From NCBI GenBank assembly GCA_964392785.1, contig CAYMRH010000003.1, positions 1-56,324 of the forward strand: 56,324 bases of DNA, in the 5' to 3' direction. This stretch comes from an uncultured Brevinematales bacterium. Lineage in GTDB: Bacteria > Spirochaetota > Brevinematia > Brevinematales > JAOACQ01. Both the position numbers and the translations under genes were made by a program. Shown in pieces: positions 54,372 to 56,324 of the stretch (position 1 is its first letter; each line of letters begins with the position of its first letter). The notes below the pieces were generated by a model, which was given only the letters and a program-made list of their open reading frames with translations, made no database searches and was not told the origin of the DNA.

Positions 54372-54646
54372 TCAGGGGTAAATAGAACTGAAAAATGGTG
54401 GAAATCACGCAATCTTACTGCAATGAGCCGCATAAATCCCATCATAATATCGGAAAAAGCATTTTTATCAGGAAACCGCCCCAAAAGGCATGTGTAATAT
54501 AATCGTCATTCTGAGCCCGTCGAAGAATAACGATTTAAATCCTTGAGAAACAAACCTTCGACAAGCTCAGGGTGACCCCTGACAGTTCTTTTGGGGCGAT
54601 TCGTAGCACTGTTATCAATCAGACTACAAATCTGATTCCCCCGCCC

Positions 54647-55513
54647 CTACCGCGACTTATGCGCGATGTGGCGGTAAATGGTCTCCAGTTCCTGCTTCGA
54701 GAAGTAGAAGATCTCCACCCGCCCTTTCTTGTCCGTTCCCCGGATCTCGACCTTGGCGCCCACGGCCCGGACAAACTTTTCCTGGATGTCTGCCAGCTTG
54801 TGGTCTTTGCGCTTTTTTGTTTCACGTGAAACGCCCTTTTTCCTCGCACCGTCCAGCGCCTCGCGCGCGGCATCTTCCGCCTCGCGGACGGAAAGCCCCT
54901 TTTCCGCGATCCGGTCCGCCAGGGTGATCTGCTCGTCAATGTTGGCCAGGGACAATATCGCGCGGGCGTGGCCTTCCGTAATGACCCCGGTCATGATCTT
55001 TTCCCGCACGCTCTCGGGAAGTTTCAGGAGGCGCAGGGTGTTCGCCACGGAACTGCGGTCCTTCCCGATCTTTTTGGCGAATTCGTCCTGGGTCGCTCCC
55101 AACCGGTCCATGATTTCCCGGTAGGCCAGGGCACGCTCCACGGCGTTCAGGTCGTCCCTCTGGATGTTCTCGATCAGCGCGATCTCCAGCTTGTCTTCCT
55201 CGGAATAATTCCGGAGGATCACCGGGATTTCCAGAAGGCCCGCCATCTTGGCCGCGCGCAGCCGCCGTTCTCCCGCCACGAGTTCGTAGCGGCCGTCCCC
55301 CAGGTCGGTCACGATCACGGGCTGGATCACGCCCTTTTCCCGGATGGACCCGCACAACTCTTTAAGCGATTCCTCGGAAAACCGTTTGCGGGGCTGGTAG
55401 CGGTTGGGCAGGATTTTATGGATGTCCACCTTCGTGGCGCTGCCCTGATCGTCCGGCCGGATTTCGCCCTCGTTCACCAGGGCCATGATGCCTTTGCCGA
55501 GTCCGTGTTTCAT
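54647..55513 (-). CDS. parB: Chromosome partitioning protein ParB (Spo0J)
   Basis: GLGKGIMALV N-terminus, ParB box ...IQPVIV..., HTH. 4 nt overlap with parA. Confidence 0.9.
   Translation of the reverse strand: MKHGLGKGIMALVNEGEIRPDDQGSATKVDIHKILPNRYQPRKRFSEESLKELCGSIREKGVIQPVIVTDLGDGRYELVAGERRLRAAKMAGLLEIPVILRNYSEEDKLEIALIENIQRDDLNAVERALAYREIMDRLGATQDEFAKKIGKDRSSVANTLRLLKLPESVREKIMTGVITEGHARAILSLANIDEQITLADRIAEKGLSVREAEDAAREALDGARKKGVSRETKKRKDHKLADIQEKFVRAVGAKVEIRGTDKKGRVEIFYFSKQELETIYRHIAHKSR
54818..54833. promoter_or_regulatory. Second parS site within the 3' end of parB
   Basis: TGTTTCACGTGAAACG, a 15/16 match to the palindrome, inside the parB coding sequence. B. subtilis spo0J also carries an internal parS. 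Confidence 0.65.
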
Positions 55514-56286
55514 GCCGTCACCCCGCTTTTTTTCAGGAATTCCCTGCCGAACTGCAGGTAGGCGTCCGCGCCCTGGCTTTTGTAATCGTATTCGTAAATG
55601 GCCAGACCGTGGCTCGGCGCTTCCGACAGGCGGACGTTCCGGGGCACGATCGTATCGTACACCTTTTCCTTGAAGTAGTTTCTCACCTCTTCCACCACCT
55701 GCTTGGACAGCTTGGTCCGGGGATCGAACATCGTGATGACCACGCCCTCGATGGAGAGGTCCCTGTTGGGGCCGCTTTTCACGAGCTTGATGGCTTTCAA
55801 AAGCTGCGTGAGCCCTTCCATGGCGTAGAATTCGCTCTGCATGGGAATGAGCACGCTCTGCGCCGCCACCAGGCCGTTCAGCGTGAAGAGCCCGAGCGAG
55901 GGCGGAGTGTCGATGAGGATGAATTCATAATCATCCTTCACCGTGTCCAGCGCCTCGCGCAGGATGTATTCCCGGCGCGGCGAACCCATGAGCTCGATCT
56001 GCGCGCCGGCCAGGTCCAGACTCACCGGCACCAGGTGAAGGTATTCGTAACGCGTGGGCAGGATCACGTCTTTGAGCGTTTTCGCGCCGATGAGCACCTC
56101 GTAGATTCCGCCCCCGGTGCGATCCCGGAAATCCACGCCCAGCCCGCTGCAGGAATTGCCCTGGGGGTCAATGTCGATCAACAGCGTGCGTTTCTGTGCG
56201 TTGGATAAAAACGCGGCCAGGTTGATGGCCGTGGTGGTTTTGCCGACGCCGCCTTTCTGGTTCGCAATCACGATCACTTTCGCCAT
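55510..56286 (-). CDS. parA: Chromosome partitioning ATPase ParA (Soj)
   Basis: MAKVIVIANQKGGVGKTTTAINLAAFL deviant Walker A. 258 aa. Confidence 0.9.
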   Translation of the reverse strand: MAKVIVIANQKGGVGKTTTAINLAAFLSNAQKRTLLIDIDPQGNSCSGLGVDFRDRTGGGIYEVLIGAKTLKDVILPTRYEYLHLVPVSLDLAGAQIELMGSPRREYILREALDTVKDDYEFILIDTPPSLGLFTLNGLVAAQSVLIPMQSEFYAMEGLTQLLKAIKLVKSGPNRDLSIEGVVITMFDPRTKLSKQVVEEVRNYFKEKVYDTIVPRNVRLSEAPSHGLAIYEYDYKSQGADAYLQFGREFLKKSGVTA

Positions 56287-56324
56287 ATCGGGCTCCGGTA
56301 TTGCCGTATTGTCATGAGGGTGCG

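Overview
This window is about 56 kb of high-GC (~60-65%) bacterial chromosome with dense housekeeping genes and an obvious foreign insert in the middle. The organism is not identified. A FlgM gene with a sigma28-type promoter, an S8 peptidase ending in a T9SS-type C-terminal domain, and chromosomal parAB with two parS sites suggest a flagellated member of the FCB superphylum near a partition locus.

Housekeeping content includes:
- an M16 peptidase C-terminus, Hsp15, a YefM/RelE toxin-antitoxin pair, flgM, rsmI and folD;
- a secreted S8 peptidase, rpe, a PASTA protein, the fmt-def pair;
- anaerobic class III RNR genes nrdD and nrdG;
- a MerR regulator fused to a four-subunit 2-oxoacid:ferredoxin oxidoreductase operon in delta-alpha-beta-gamma order;
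- a DEAD-box helicase, a tandem cytochrome b5-like secreted protein, a BI-1/YccA protein, an SPFH protein, and a sugar ABC importer (binding protein plus two permeases);
- panC, a HepT/MNT toxin-antitoxin pair, pyrG, an RsbW/RsbV-like partner-switching pair, a LamG/FN3 secreted protein, argB, a fumarase class I alpha-like protein, FmdB, dapL and parAB.

The main finding is a 10.7 kb AT-rich island (33694-44399, roughly 30-35% GC by eye) bounded by ~215 bp imperfect inverted repeats. It carries a tightly overlapping five-gene minus-strand operon: two membrane proteins, a truncated N6-adenine methyltransferase paralog lacking the NPPY motif, a complete NPPY methyltransferase, and an 831 aa T5orf172/GIY-YIG-like SF2 helicase. 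This is a candidate undescribed membrane-associated restriction-modification-like defense system. The island also holds a membrane-anchored UvrD-family helicase with a nuclease-like insert and two topoisomerase-type zinc ribbons. That gene is framed by two ~430 bp composite direct repeats built from telomere-like TTAGGR degenerate repeats and arrays of 21 bp tandem repeats.

Other observations are:
- an apparently split nrdD whose glycyl-radical motif sits in a separate 49 aa ORF with its own ribosome-binding site;
- two dispersed hairpin-forming repeat families that mark the borders of the AT-rich regions;
- a second, smaller AT-rich segment (C-terminal two thirds of a 642 aa secreted protein gene) next to a 1.1 kb repeat-rich non-coding stretch;
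- heptamer-repeat palindromes flanking the DEAD-box helicase gene;
- a near-perfect 222 bp intragenic tandem duplication;
- a frameshifted TrkA-C gene.

No rRNA, tRNA or CRISPR array was recognised.
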